In this document: piece by piece, positions 22,461 to 36,070 of the stretch
Position numbering within the stretch: the stretch's first letter is position 1
Layout: every line of letters begins with the position of its first letter
DNA from: Callorhinchus milii
Taxonomy: Eukaryota
Assembly (NCBI RefSeq): GCF_018977255.1
Contig: NW_024704742.1
Location: 7,380,001-7,444,000, forward strand
Reading direction: 5' to 3'
Length of the DNA stretch: 64,000 bases
The notes under the pieces: model-generated
Told to the model about the DNA's origin: nothing
Seen by the model: the letters and a program-made list of their open reading frames with translations, nothing else
Databases searched by the model: none
Translations under genes and position numbers: made by a program

Positions 22461-23949
22461 AGCATAAAACACTGATATCGACAATGATATTGCATTTAGC
22501 TTCCAGCACTGCAGACGTTTGTCTAATACTGTGTTCTGTGTCAGTTTATAATAATATCAAAAGCGCTATATCAAATGCAAGGGTTATTAATAATAATAAT
22601 AATCCTTGCATTTGATACAGCACCTTATTACGTCTTCGAGACGTCTCAAAGCGCTTCACAGAATATACTGTGGAGCGAACTGACTGTGTATTTTTGGACA
22701 AAACATTTTGCGGATTTAAAGCAGAATGATAAAAGGAACAAAAAATGTCTAGGCAATACTGCACGGCTCCTTTCTGTAGTCTCCAAAGCTATCTCATTTA
22801 TAATGCTCCTGTTGGTTTGATCTCAACCGCTTCTTTTGATCTTCTGATAACTAGGCATCTGGTGTTGGAAGATCAAAGGGCACAGTTGGTTTTCTAAGCA
22901 GGAAAGGATCTAAAGGAGATGTTATTGATCAGCAGCCCTACAGAAGAACCTGCAGCCAGGCACCAACATTATTTTATTCTTAAAAAGAAAGACTTGGGGG
23001 TATTGTGATCCAATGCAATGTACTGTAACAACAACAAATTGTGCTTATACCTTGCCTCCCACATAGGAAGACAGTCTTAAAGTGCTTCACAAAGACAGAG
23101 TGGGAGCTTGAGCTGAGAGAGACATGGGGGTGGGGTGTGGGGCCAGTTGGCTAAAGGCCAAACATAGGCCTTTAGACAGGTTTTGAAAATCGATAAGAAT
23201 TGGCCAAGGAGACAGGCATTTTAGCTGCTCAAGGCTGAGGTTCTCATGCAGTGCTGGAGATGCCATCACTTTGGATAAGGCATAAGGAGGTCCCTCCTGC
23301 CTGTTCAGGTGGACTTTAAAAGTTCCAGGGCACCATTTAAAATGAGAGGCTGATGGCTCTGCCCTTCTGTATACCCACCAGCCCTGTCTTCTATATACTC
23401 ACCATCCTGGAGTCAATCTACCTCACCAGTCTGGCCAGCCCTGCGTGAACTGGAAATGGAACAGAGACCAAGTGGAGACACCAGCCTTGGCATTACAATT
23501 CTATTTGAATATTTTGTCTGTTCGGTTCAATGCTAAAACAATCGACTTCATCTGCCGCAAAAAAAATCTGTATCAACTTGAACAGCTGACACATTTCATT
23601 TCTCGGTGAAATTACCAATTTAAAGTTCAATCCATATCTCCACGTCTCCATATTTCCACTGTAGTTTGAGGCAGCATAGCTTACCTGATCTGAAACTGAG
23701 CCAGACAGTTAGGAAGGAGCCAGGTTCAATCTGTTCTATCTGCTGAATTAGCTGATCTCAGGGGAACGGCGAAGCTGCAGAAATTGACTTGCATGCTCCT
23801 GGCATCGTATTGTGCTGTACCCCTCCGAAACAACAACTGATATTCACATTTTATTTTTCCTCACTGATTCCAAGCCACCGGAGTACATGAGTCAGTTGGT
23901 AAGGGGAGAAGGTTGTGAGTTCACTGGTTCTCTGAACTTACATGATCTC

Positions 23950-24590
23950 GGCTGATGCAGTACTGGGCCTGGGGCTGCATTGTTGGAAATGCCGTCTTTT
24001 GGATGAGACGTTAAACCATTGGTGGGCTTTCAGCCGTTCTGCCCCCACCCTCTGGAACTCCATCCCGCAGTCCCTCCGCCTCACCCCCTCCCTTGCCTCC
24101 TTCAAGACCAATCTCAAGACCCTCCTCTTCGACCGTGCTTTCGCTCACCTTGCTTCCCCCCCCACTGCTGCCCTCCATCTTCCCCAATCCCGACCCCCAG
24201 CTCGGGTCCGAAACACTGACTGTCCAGTGCCTTGGGGCGTCCTCCCGACGTGAAAGGCGTTATACAAATGTAATTTTGTTTATGTTGTTGTTATAAATCA
24301 ACCTATCGATCTGCCTGGTCGGGTGGACGTTAAAGATCTCATGGCACTATTTGAAAAGAGAAGGGAGTTTCTCCCAGCATACTGACCAGCAATCGCCCCC
24401 TCTCCCTCTCCCTCGCCCCCACCACCAACAAAAAAAATGCTCATTCACTTCATGGCTGTTTGGGTGACATTGTTGTGCCCAAATTGGTTGCCGCGTTTGC
24501 CTACAAAATACATAATCACTAATACTGTGGAATGCTTTGAGTCGTCTCGAAGCCATGATAAGGCACTTTATCAACCACAAGGATTATCGT
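23950..24590 (+). mobile_element. DeuSINE-like SINE split by an L2 3' fragment (about 24020-24292)
   Basis: GCCGTCTTTTGGATGAGACGTTAAA before the L2 piece (AFSRSAPTLWNSIP...FKTNLKT plus TTG tail) and GGTGGACGTTAAAGATCTCATGGCAC after it. Confidence 0.8.
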
Positions 24591-24861
24591 TATGATTCAG
24601 TGTCTGCCATCTTTGTGAAGCTTTTCTAACGGCTCAGACTGAATATCAGCTCAGCTCAGTGAAGCTTTGTGTTTCTTCTCTCAGCTCGCACTCTGCTGTT
24701 CTGTTCTTGCACAATCATCCATCATCATAACTGATTACTGCCATATGGGATTTTAACTTAAAAGCGCATCACTGGTACTAAAGTAAAACAGCAGTCAGCT
24801 CTTTGCAGCAGTTAAATCAAAGTGTGATTGATTAATTCGTATGTGTGAATTTCTAAATAGA

Positions 24862-24907
24862 TGTGTGTGTGTGGGTGTGTGTGTGGGTGGGTGTGTGTGG
24901 GTGGGGG
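24862..24907. repeat. (GT)n/(GGGT) microsatellite
   Basis: Read directly from the sequence. Confidence 0.9.
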
Positions 24908-26628
24908 AGATCTGAACGATGAGGTAGTCTGAAAGTCGATAGGAATTGCCTCAGTTTCGAACATTACGACCCATACATATTTTAGACAGAGCTGCTCTGA
25001 GTTGGTGCTCTTGGAAAGAAATGTGATTTCGGACAGAACTGTGAAGGTGTTTTCTTCACGGCTGCCTTTTAACTTTACTGGTAATTTGCAGACCAGTTCC
25101 CCAACGTGTTCGTATCATTTCAGTACAGTGCATCACGTACAGCAAATTCACTACGCATCTCAGGTTCCTCCTCCCTAGATTCGCTGCAATTCATGTCACA
25201 GTGGAATATTGAATTTTTGATGATATTTTATCGTAAATTATTCACGGTTGCAACATGAAACAGTGACAGCAACTTACCACAAATAGCATCATAAAGCTAC
25301 AAACGGTCTATGGTCTAATCCCTCCGCCTTGCCCCCCTCCCTCTCCACCTTCAAATCCTGACTAAAGACCTTCCTTTCAGATCGTGCTTACGGTCAACTC
25401 CCCCCTCCCTCTCCCCCTGGTTCGGGGTCAGACCCCGCCACTGTCAAGCGCTCCGGGACACTACCCTGCGTGAAGGGCGCCATATAAATGCAAGTTGTTG
25501 TTGCTGTGATGATGATAAATCATTTAACAGGGGAGACATTACAGCTGAGTCTGACTCTGTCTTCACCCTATATTCAAACGTGCCCAATTTCCAACAGACA
25601 TTGCAGGATGGCTCTCGATTGCTTGTTTAATTTTGTCCCCTTCCCAGCCTGGAGACACTGAGGCCAATTGCTGCCAAATACTAAGTTCATCCAACTCAGC
25701 ACAGACCAAGGATGGAGCCTGAGATTGCCCTGACATACATGACTTGGCGCCTGTAACTATTTATTGTTTGTATTTTCAGATAACACTTGTACAGCTGTTC
25801 TCTACTGAAAAGCCGAGAAGATGTGTTTGGCTGTTGCCCTCGAAGGACCATTTAATCCGCCCAAATGAAATTAGTTTGCACAATACGGTTAAGACCTCGA
25901 GAGCAGTTGAAATAAAAGCTTTGCTAACTAAAACAATTAGCTCTATCTGAAAGTTTGGAAGCTAAGAAATGAGAGCGATTTGTTTTCCTCACAGAGCCCA
26001 ATCTTGGCCACGTGTTCAGTTATAAAATGTCACTGACTCGGTGGCATTTACTTGTGAGCCACCAAAGCCATCTCGCATGGGTTTTATTATCCAAGACTGC
26101 AGCCACTCTCTGAAATGCGATCTGAGATTCTAACCCACGTGAAGAGTTCTAAATGTAATTTGTTGGTGTTAAATATGAATAATCCTAACCTGAAATAACT
26201 CTATTGTTTTGCTCTTCTGTACCTGGCCACTTGCATCCCTGACATTCAGTTAGCAAAGCTTCACGCAAATTGTGAAATAAATGAAACATTCTTAGCAGGA
26301 ACCATTAGTTGGAGGTGAGATAGATGGAATCTATCGAGGAGTTTTGGAACAGAAAAAACTGCTATTTTAATATGAAGAAAAAGGAGTAGACATTATGCAA
26401 TCAAGACCCGTATTCAGGATTTGAGCTCCTCGTCTCGCTGATGTTTCAGTGTTGTGCTGGACGAGTGCTGCATTGTCAGCTGTGCCGTCCTTTGTTTGAG
26501 ATTTTAAGCCAAAGTATGATCATTCTATTCAGGTGGATGTGAAGTATCCCATGGCCTATCTGAACAGGGAGAGGATTCTCTCCCACCCCGCCCCAGATTA
26601 CCGTCTCATTCATCTGAAAGGTATTTGT

Positions 26629-26817
26629 GGAATTTCACCGGGTCTTCACCTTAAATGTTAAGATTTATGCCCAATTTTGAAAATTCTTCAATGTAATTTG
26701 GAAACCCATGTAAACCAGCTTCCAAATTGAGACTGGATTTAAGCAATTTCCAAAATGCTGCACCATCATCAATTTTAAGATGATGGTCTTAAGGCTAAGA
26801 CCTGGTGAATTTCAAGG
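26629..26817. mobile_element. Palindromic MITE, family M2
   Basis: GGAATTTCACCGGGTCTTCACCTTAA pairs with TTAAGGCTAAGACCTGGTGAATTTC. Confidence 0.65.
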
Positions 26818-27447
26818 TCAAATGATGACCTGTGAAGCAATACCCCAACAAGAGACAGGACCTTCGCAAGAGTAGGAGTGAAAAGAGGGAGAGAATTGAT
26901 TGCACTACCTGCTTGAAATGTTTCTGCCGTAAATGTGATTTTAAAAAAAATGTTTTGCTAAGAACTTGCATTTTTATTGTGCCTTATCACATTAAAATGT
27001 TTCACAAATGATTACTGTCGTGTGTAGATACTGTTTTGACAATCAAAGACAGTGGCTATATGTGCCAGTAAAAAGAGTAATCCTTTCAGTACGAAAAAAA
27101 ATCCTTTAATAATAATCCTTGCATTTGATATAGCGCCTTATCACTTCTTTGAGATGTCTCAAAGCGTTTCACAGAATATACTGTTAAGTGAATTGACTGT
27201 ATAATTTGTGGCCGAAGCTTTACTGGAAGATATGCTTGTGCAGACGTCCACGGCCTGAACTTTCACCTGCTAAGGATCATTTGACATAATGAAAAGATTA
27301 CTATTTTTAACACTGTAAATTACATCCCATTATGTTTCAGTCTGTAATATGCTCTCTGCGGTTTCTTCAGAATGTATGTTTGGAGCAGCTACAATCACAG
27401 CTAAGCGAAAGGCATGGAAAGAGGTCACATCAAACAACAGTCCTGCT

Positions 27448-27776
27448 GGAGTCCTGTAGCTCAGTGGTTAGAGCACTCGCTTTGCAAGCGAGAGACCTTA
27501 GTTCAATTCCAGGCAGAGGGCGAAACCTTGGGCAAGTTTCCTTACTCCACACAGAGCCTAATAATAATCCCTCCAAAACCAAAAACAATAATAAATTGGT
27601 CATTTTCAATCTACGACTGTTTGTGGGACATTGCTGTGCGCAATTGGCTGCCGCGTTCGCCCACAAATATACAGTCAATTCACTTTACAGTGTGTTCTGT
27701 GAAGCGCTTTGGGACGTCCTCCCGACGTGAAAAGCGTTATATCAAATGCAAGGATTATTATTATTATTATTACTAT
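27448..27776 (+). mobile_element. Young tRNA-headed SINE, subtype B, full length, with GGGACGTCCTCCCGACG tail
   Basis: Head, then ACAGAGCCTAATAATAATCCCTCCAAAACC middle, shared body and (TTA)n end. Confidence 0.92.
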
Positions 27777-28518
27777 AACAGCAAAGCAATGAGAAGCAGA
27801 GACAGTGATGTTTACTGTGATCTCGATTTGAACGGTGCCAGTGTGAAGACCTACTCTGGAAGTTGAAGGAAGAAGCAAAGATAAAGTGAAGAAAAATTAG
27901 AGAAGAGCAACAACAACTTGTAAATCATATCTTTCATGTAGGATAGCATCTCGAAACACTGTCCAGCAGGGAGAACAGATGAAGAGTCTAGATCTCTATT
28001 TATGGAGTGTTTTAGAACTTCTAGAATTTAGCAAATTCTTAAATACAGCCTTAATGTTGAAGCTGATTTTCTGTAAGTTTTTTTTTAAGAACTACAGAAA
28101 ACCAAATCCAAAGTTAAGACTCAATCCAACAAGCGGCCAAATCCTGGCCATTCTGAAATGCTACGTAAATCGTGTAAATCCAAGTCCAGGTGGAAATTCT
28201 TCACAGAGTGTTCTGACCACTCAGACCCCGAAATGCTCTCAGTCAATTTTAAGAGCAATAATGAAACCCTCTGTTGGGTTTTGTCTACAAAACAAAAATG
28301 TTCTAAACTTTTACTCGTTACTCATCAATACAGTGGTGTTATTATGTTATGTTGTTTATAGAAAAACTGGACGTTATCTGACACCAAAGCAACTAGGTGA
28401 CAAATTTGCTGCTTTCTGTTACTAACGTTTTGATGGGGTCATCCATTTTTGTCAAATGTTTAACGCCTGGGACAGTTTGAAAAAATCTTGAATCAGGGCT
28501 TTGGGGAGTGTGGATTTC

Positions 28519-28780
28519 ATAATAATAATAATAATAATAATCCTTGCATTTGATATAGCTCCTTATCACGTCTTCGAGACATCTCAAAGCGCTTCACAGA
28601 ATATACTGTAAAGTGAATTGACTGTACATTTTGTGGGAGAAATGCGGCAGCCAATTGCGCACAGCAGCGTCCCACAAACAGTCGTGGATTGAAGTGACCA
28701 AATTATTATTATTTTTTTAAAAAAATTTAAGGGATTATTACCTCCAGAAAAGCGATCCACCAATCGACTAACAGCCTGGT
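28519..28780 (-). mobile_element. Young SINE, subtype A, 5'-truncated
   Basis: Tail, body and part of the subtype-A middle. Confidence 0.85.
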
Positions 28781-29074
28781 CACCCACAGAAAATGTAGAT
28801 AATTCTAAAGTTATATAAGAAAATCGAAAGTTAAAAAAAAGCCATTCTTGTTGTGAGGGTTTAAAAAAACAAATCACTCAATAGGAGGTTAAAATTCAAG
28901 ATAGTGGTGATCAAACCATTCGCTGGAAATCTGAGCAATGTTCAACTCATACTTTGTCATTAAATACGCAAGATCCCAGATTCTGTCCTTCTGATAAGTA
29001 TTACTGGTCATAATTGTCATATCAGAAAGCAGAATTTGTTCCTCCCGCCCCCAAAGAAGAGGCAAATTATTAGT

Positions 29075-29228
29075 GGAGTCCTGTAGCTCAGTGGTTAAGG
29101 CACTTGCCTCGCAAGCGAGAGACCTGGGTTTGATTCCTGGCAGGGCAAAATGTTGGGCAAATTTCTTTATTCCACAAGCCTCTGTTCACCTAGTAGGAAC
29201 CCAGTTGTTAGTCGATTGGCAGATCGCT
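29075..29228 (+). mobile_element. Young SINE, subtype A, 5' part only
   Basis: Head plus middle; abuts a minus-strand DeuSINE fragment (about 29228-29305). Confidence 0.8.
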
Positions 29229-29839
29229 AACATCTCATCCGAAGCACGGCATCTCTAACAAAGCAGCGTGTAACTTGCCCAGCACTGCACTGGAATGTCA
29301 GCCTGGAAAAAGGAGAACGTAACATCTAAGAAGCAAGTCAGATATTTCAACCAACAGATAACAACGCTTAGAAGTTCCCACAAGCAAAATGCACTAATTT
29401 ACTGGTGAGTGAACCGTTCTGTTTTGTGATTCAGTATTTCTTGTATTTTTTACATTGTAAATTTTATCCGGTGGGTATTCAATATGCATGAAACGGAAAT
29501 ATAAAACTGGAAGTGTTCATTTTGCTAGAATATACCCCCCGGAGTTATTGTAGGTTTAGAAACATGTCTCCAGGTTTATATTGTGATGAGATGCTGAGAT
29601 GAAGAGCTGTAGGGTATCATTTAAGTGGTTAAGCAGACTGACCTGATAACTTATGGATGACTGAATGAGTTATGAGACTGAGTTATTTTGGTGTCAGATA
29701 TGAGGTATAAATCACAAGAAGCTACGAAAAATAATGCTAAAGAGAAATAGCAGGGGAATGGGATTTGAGTAGACAGTTCGAGTGGGGGAAGGGGGAGCAA
29801 CCAGCACAGACATAATGTGCCTCCCGCCCTTAATGCGAA

Positions 29840-30290
29840 ACATGAATGAGGGTCTCGATGGCCTGAGGGGAGAGGCAGTGGGGGAACCGGGTGATGTTGC
29901 GGAAGTGGGGAAAGGCACGGATGTAGGGTAGGAAGAGCAGTTGTGGGTCAAACACAATACCAAGGTTCCACATGGGCTTAGTGAGGTGGAGTGTGCACCC
30001 ATAGATGGTGATGCTGTCAGCGTCAGGAGAGCCTCGGTCTTGCTGACCTTCAACTGTAGAAAGTTAGCTCTCATCCAGGACTTGTTTGACAGACATTCTG
30101 TCAGGACAGCAGTGGTCCTCGAGTCAAGGATGGAGGCAGAGAGATAGAGTTGGGTGTCATCCACATACATGTGGAAGTTGACCCCATGTCTGCGGATGAT
30201 GTCACCAAGAGGGAGCGCATAGATGTTGAAGAGGAGGGGACCAAGAACAGAGCCCTGAGGAACGAAGCAGTGCAAGGGACTGGAAATCAT
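29840..30290 (-). mobile_element. L2 LINE reverse-transcriptase fragment
   Basis: [15 protein letters not shown]...[12 protein letters not shown] (RT motifs PQG and YADD-like); frameshifted downstream. Confidence 0.9.
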
Positions 30291-30387
30291 CCGTTTGGGC
30301 TGGACGAGGCCTGTGGCCGGCAGGTGCTGTAAAGTATAGTGATTGTGTACTTTGTAGGCAAACGCACTGTTAATTTGAGCACAGCAA

Positions 30388-30745
30388 TATAAATAATAAT
30401 AACAATCCTTGCATTTGATGTAGCGCCTTATCAGGTCTTCGCGACGTCTCAAAACGCTTCACAGAATATACTGTGAAGTGAATTGACTGTTTATTTTGTG
30501 AGCAAATAACAGCAGCCAATTGCACACAGCAGCGTCCCACAAACAGTCGGGGATTTTTTTTTTGAAAAGGGATTATTTCTCCCGGAAAAGGGATCCGCCT
30601 AACAACTGGGTTCCTACTTACTGCCAGGTAAACAGTGGCGTGTGGATTAAGGAAACTCGCCCAACGTTTTGCCCTGCCTGGGAATCGAACCAAGGTCCTC
30701 TCGCTTGCGAGGTGAGTTGCTCTAACCACTGAGCTACAGGACTCC
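30388..30745 (-). mobile_element. Young tRNA-headed SINE, subtype A, full length
   Basis: Head ends at 30745; subtype-A middle and shared tail. Confidence 0.9.
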
Positions 30746-31424
30746 ATTCCCATAAACAGCCAAGAAGTGAATGATCCATTTTTTAGGTTACATCTAAGCC
30801 ATAGACAAGGTATTGTTAAGTGATTTCAAGATTGATGTCTGACTTCTTCCCCATACCTTCCCACCTCAAGCAGCTTCACTGATTGAGAGGATGGGTTGGA
30901 AATCTGCTTCCAGGTCTCCTCTGATGTACTTTTAGCCAATCTTGCAGGGATACATTAGAGTAACCTAAAATGAAACCTCCCTTTTTGTGGGAAAGCTGCT
31001 CTAAAAGTTCTCTTCAAGAACTAGACCAATATCTCAGTGCTATATGAGTGCTGCTGAAAGAGAGCTTTTCCTGCGCACTGAAGACTCCACACGATGAATT
31101 GGTTTCCTCAGGAGTGTGTGAAATTTCTTCCAGGGGTCTGTGACTTGCTCCCTCATGTGTTTGACAGCTTTTCGCTGGGTTTCTGAGGGAGTTGTTGGAC
31201 CCGCTAATAGCCTCTCACTTCCCCTTAGCATTCCTGACTGATGAGGTGTTACTTTCTAAGGCTTCTAGGCATTCAACAGATCCCAAAGCCAAGTCTGTGG
31301 CTTATCCAAGCAGCATTTTTCAAGTGTGGGAGCAAAGTGAGCACCAGAGGCTATTGAACGATGGGGAACATTACATTTGAGTTTGATTCTACATGCACCC
31401 AACTTATATTGCGTGTGTGCAGAT

Positions 31425-31800
31425 CTAGAGCACTCGCCTCACAAGCAAGAGACCTGGGTTCAATTCCTGGCAGGGTGAAATGTTGGACAAGTTTCCTTAC
31501 TTCACACTCATCTACCTAGTAGTTCATAGCTACTAACCACCTGGTAGTTAGTGCCTCCTAACCACCTAGTAGTTAGTTCCTGGTTGTTAGTTTTCCGGGG
31601 GTAATAATTCCTTTTTTAAAAAGAATTGATCACTTCAACCCATGACTGTTTGTGGCAACTGCTTTGCGCAATTGGCTGTCCCATTTTACCCACAAAATAC
31701 ACATTCAATTCACTTTACAGTATATTCTGTGAGGCGCTTTGAGACGTCTCGAAGGCGTGATAAGACACTATATCAAATGCAAGGATTATTATTATTATTA
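31425..31800 (+). mobile_element. Young SINE, subtype A, with an internal 25-bp tandem duplication
   Basis: Partial head; CTAACCACCTRGTAGTTAGT twice at 31533 and 31558; shared tail. Confidence 0.8.
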
Positions 31801-32253
31801 TCTTATCTATACTTCACTGACCATAACTGGGTTGGAATGAGTTAAAGGAAATTGAGGATTTCTGATGTCATCCTAGACTGCAGAAAGTAAAGCTGTGGCA
31901 TTGCATAGTCATCAGAACATGGATTAAATGATTTATTTTGCAATCACTGCTTCCTCTATGATACAACATATGATGGAGGGTCACGTCTTGCTCTCCGAGA
32001 GAGGCTCTTGTGTATTTTCTTTATCGCCAGGCACTGTATAAATTTACTTGTTTTTGTACATTGCCAATTCTCAGCAATAATAAATTCTTTGAAACTAAAG
32101 CAGAACTGTAATGCATTTCACTCCTCCAATGCCTGTTGGTGAAGCCATTGTCTTAGAGTCAAGCTATGACACACAGAGCAGAAGGTTTCCGGTAACGTTT
32201 CAGTGGTTCACCCTCACACCCTGATGGAGATGTGTGGAGAGACGAGTATATAT

Positions 32254-33570
32254 TAATAATAATAATAATAATCCTTGCATTTGATATAGGGCTTTTTCAC
32301 ATCTTCTAGACATCTCAAAGCGCTTCACAGAATATACTGTAAAGTGAATTGACCGTATATTTGTGGGCGAAACGCGGCAGCCGATTGTGCACAGCAGCGT
32401 CCCACAAACAGTCGTGGATTGAAAATGACCAATTTATTATTGTTTTGTTTTTGGAGGGATTATTATTAGGCATGTGGAGTAAGGAAACATGCCCAAGGTT
32501 TCGCCCTGCCTAATAATAATAATAATATAATAAATCTTGCATTTGGTATAGCGCCTTATCACGTCTTCGAGACGTCTCAAAGTGCTTCACAGAATATACT
32601 GTAAAGTGAATTGACCGTATATTTTGTGGGTGAAACGCAGCAGCCAATTGCACACAGCAGTGTCCCACAAACAGTCGTGGATTGAGTGACCAATAGTTTT
32701 TTTGAAAGCATTATTACCTCCGGAAAAGCGATCCGCCAATCGACTAACAACGAGGTTTCTACTTACTGCTAGGTAAACATATGGTGCAAACATGCTACAC
32801 CATATGTGCAGCATGTTTGGTGATTGGACATAGGGATGGATTTTATGAAAGAGATACTCATTGGGATGAGCAACTCGATGGTTCTTCCAGGGATAATTTT
32901 GCCCTCCGTAGCGCCCTCCACCACGGACGGCGTCTCAGAGCGCTTCACAGTAACAGATCCCAGGGCTGAGCCAGGGGGAGGGGGAGGAAGGTGACCAAAG
33001 GGGTGGTCGAAAAGAAAGGTCTTCAGCCGAGACTTGAAAATAGGAAGAGAGGGAGTGAAGAAGGGAGTTCCTGAGCCTCGGGGCATAGTGGCTGAAGGCA
33101 CGGCCGCCGAGGGTGGAGCGGAGGACTCGGGGGACGAGGAGGAGGCCAGACCCAGTGGAGAGAAGGCAACGGGCACTGTTGTGAGGAGAGAGGAGGTCAG
33201 AGAGGTCGGGGGGTGCAGAGGAGGGTAGCGATTTGAAGACAAGGGTGAGGTCTAGTGCAGTGCTGGGGGTGTGCTGCATTATTGGAAGGCACAGGACATT
33301 AATTGAGGCCCTCCTATCTGTTCAGGTGGATGTTAAAGATCCCATGGCACTAATTCGAAAAGAGAAGGGAATTTCTCCCCGTGTCTTGGCTAACAATCCC
33401 CCCTCCCCCACCAATAAAATTGTTCACTCACTCCATGGCTATTTGTGGGAGATTGTCGTGTGCACATAGCTGCTGTGATCACCTCACAAGGAACACTCCA
33501 CTTTACAGTAAGTGCTGTGAAGCGCTTTGAAACGTCCTCCCGACATGAAAGGTGCTGTCGCAAATGTGAG
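32254..33570. mobile_element. Repeat cluster: SINE-B (minus, 32254-32510), SINE-A (minus, 32512-32785), L2 3' end (minus, about 32909-33250), DeuSINE (plus, about 33255-33570)
   Basis: Motif matches to the families described elsewhere in the window. Confidence 0.8.
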
Positions 33571-35748
33571 GATTTTAAAAATGTGATGGTTTCAAAGCAG
33601 ATTCAATGTGGTAATATCACATGGGGCCTGTTTTTTTTCACATTCAATCTGTGATGAACGTTTTTTGCATTTTTTCATCCCCCTATAAACATCGGATTCC
33701 AAAAAACACATTGTATCACAACATTGATTAGCCAGGAAAAACAAGGAAATATCTACTGATGTAGCCACTGACGATAAATAAAATATAATGAAATGCCATT
33801 TCATATTAAACTAATGCAGTGTGGAGTTCCTCATTATGTTGTGTGTTCTCACTTAGTGTTAAGTTCAGTGTTAGATCCTAATTCAACTCTCCCCTCAAAA
33901 CGGATTATAACGGACTGTCCAGCAATGTGATGACTGACTAAGTTATGGGGACGGGGGAAGCTTTGCAGTGGGTCTGAAAGAGTTTTGGGTCATGTAAAAT
34001 ATCTGACCCAATCCCTTGGAGACGACAGAATTGTGGAAAATTCTTATATTCAGTTTTCTTTTCAGCAGTTCTTAAAAGGAACCAGATTTCGCCCACAGAA
34101 TATACAGTCAATTTACTTTACATTATTCTGTGAAGCAATTTGTGACATCTCGAAGATGCAATAAGGCGCTATATCAAATGCAAGGATTATTAATAGTATT
34201 ATTATTATAGATTCCAAGTAAAAACCAGATTGTAAGAATGTTCTGCAGTCCTGGCCCATCTGAAATTTTAAGACAGAATCGCCTTACAGGCTAAGACCGG
34301 GTGGAATTTCAGGCTTCGTATGGCAACAGTGCCCTTTGGAATATGTGGAGGTAAAATAAGATTGTGCTGAGAATTGTTCTCGTGCAATATTGTCTAGTCC
34401 TGTGTTTGAATTAGATCTGCTGCACGCATTGATGATGGAATGCTGCATTAAATAAGCACTGACAAAATCATGAAAATGTACTGTGATATATGGCAGCTCT
34501 GATACTGAATACCATTGTTCACAATGCGGAATAGGTGACAGGCTATTAAAAGCTCCATGAAATCCCACTGGAGGAGAGGGGCGGTCTGGGTTTGGGTGAG
34601 CGTGGACAACATAGCAATGCTAGTGATTGAAATGTAGAACGCTGTTACAAATGCCATGCCAAGCTCGGAAACCGGTTCTTACGTGAAGAATCCCCTACTG
34701 AATATAGTCCAGGATCATTCATATCGTAAAACCTTACCGTGAATATTCCTTCCCGCTGTTGCCTTTGATGTTGCACCTCTGGATTGTCCTGTGTAAACAC
34801 AGCCACGGGCTGTGCTGCCGTCGAAACACACAAGTCACTACGCTTAACAGAAATTCCTTCAAAAAAACTAATAACAAAATTGGTCACTTCAAAACTAATA
34901 ACAAAATTGGTCACGACTGTTTGTGGGACGCTGCTGTGCGCAATTGGCTGTCGCGTTTCGCCCACAAAATATACAGTCACTACGCTTTACAGTATATTCT
35001 GTGAAGCGCTTTGAGAAGTCTCAAAGACGTGATAAGGCGCTATATCAAATGCAAGGATTATTATTATTATTATTTCTTGACTGCGAGCTACCATTCCCTG
35101 ATGCCACAGCCGGGTCTTTAAACGCTCTAGCTTAACTGGTGCAAAAGACTCATTTTGTTTCACACTCAAGTGCCCTTGACCTGACAAATCTGATTTGACC
35201 ACATCCTTGGGTGAATCTCTCGAACAGGCGACCAAGAATGAGGGTGAGCTGCAGCCATCAATGCCATTCTTTGATGTGGTTGTAAGGAAGTGCATTTTAA
35301 GAGAACATTTGATACAATAGCAGATTTTCTCCTGCAGATTTGGTAGCCCACCGAAATCATTGTTAGTCTTGGCCTTGGCTTCTGGAAGGACGCAAAGGGC
35401 GTCTTGTCAACAATTGTACTTTGGCTCCTTAGCAAATGGTTGGCTCTATATTCATCTTATAGTCTGAGTTTCTATTAAAAAAGAACCAAACTTTTAATAA
35501 ACAGTTGTTCCAATTCTAAACTGATATTAAAACTTGACCTATTTATACACATGTCTAAGACGTCCAGAGTAGAATAGAGTTTCATTATTGCTGCAAACTG
35601 TTCAGTTTCTTTCGGTGTCCTGGCCCAAGAATCCGCTTGATAAAATGATCATTCACTTCATGGCTGTTTGTATGGACATTGCTGTGTGTAAATTGACTGC
35701 CACGTTTGCCTACAAAATACACAATCAATATTTTATCAGTATTTTAGT

Positions 35749-36070
35749 GGAGTCCTGTAGCTCAGTGGTTAGAGCACCCGCTTTGCAAGCGAGAGACCTT
35801 GGTTCGATTCCTGGCAGAGGGTGAAACCTTGGACAAGTTTCCTTACTCCACACAGAGCCTAATAATAATCCCTCAAAAAACACAATGATAAATTGGTCAT
35901 TTCAATCCACGACTGTTTGTGGGACACTGCTGTCCGCAATTGGCTGCCGCATTTTGCCCACAAATATACAGTCAATTCATTTTACAGTCTTTTCTATGAA
36001 GCGCTTTGAGACGTCCAGAAGATGTGAAAAGCACTATATCAAATATAAGAATTATTATTATTATTATTTA
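35749..36070 (+). mobile_element. Young SINE, subtype B, full length, nested in the 3' part of an older DeuSINE
   Basis: Older body at about 35610-35740 continues at about 36075-36150. Confidence 0.88.

Noticed and set aside
29712..30452. 246-aa ORF with RT motifs as an active retrotransposon gene
   Set aside because: It is a chance fusion of a SINE tail and a truncated, frameshifted L2 fragment.
31533..31582. Short direct repeats (also 34858-34914) as a CRISPR-like array
   Set aside because: Only two units, no spacers, inside SINEs in a vertebrate genome; simple slippage duplications.
32180..32235. Third hammerhead-like remnant (minus strand GAAACGTT with an upstream stem)
   Set aside because: The CUGANGA core is absent; too degenerate to call.
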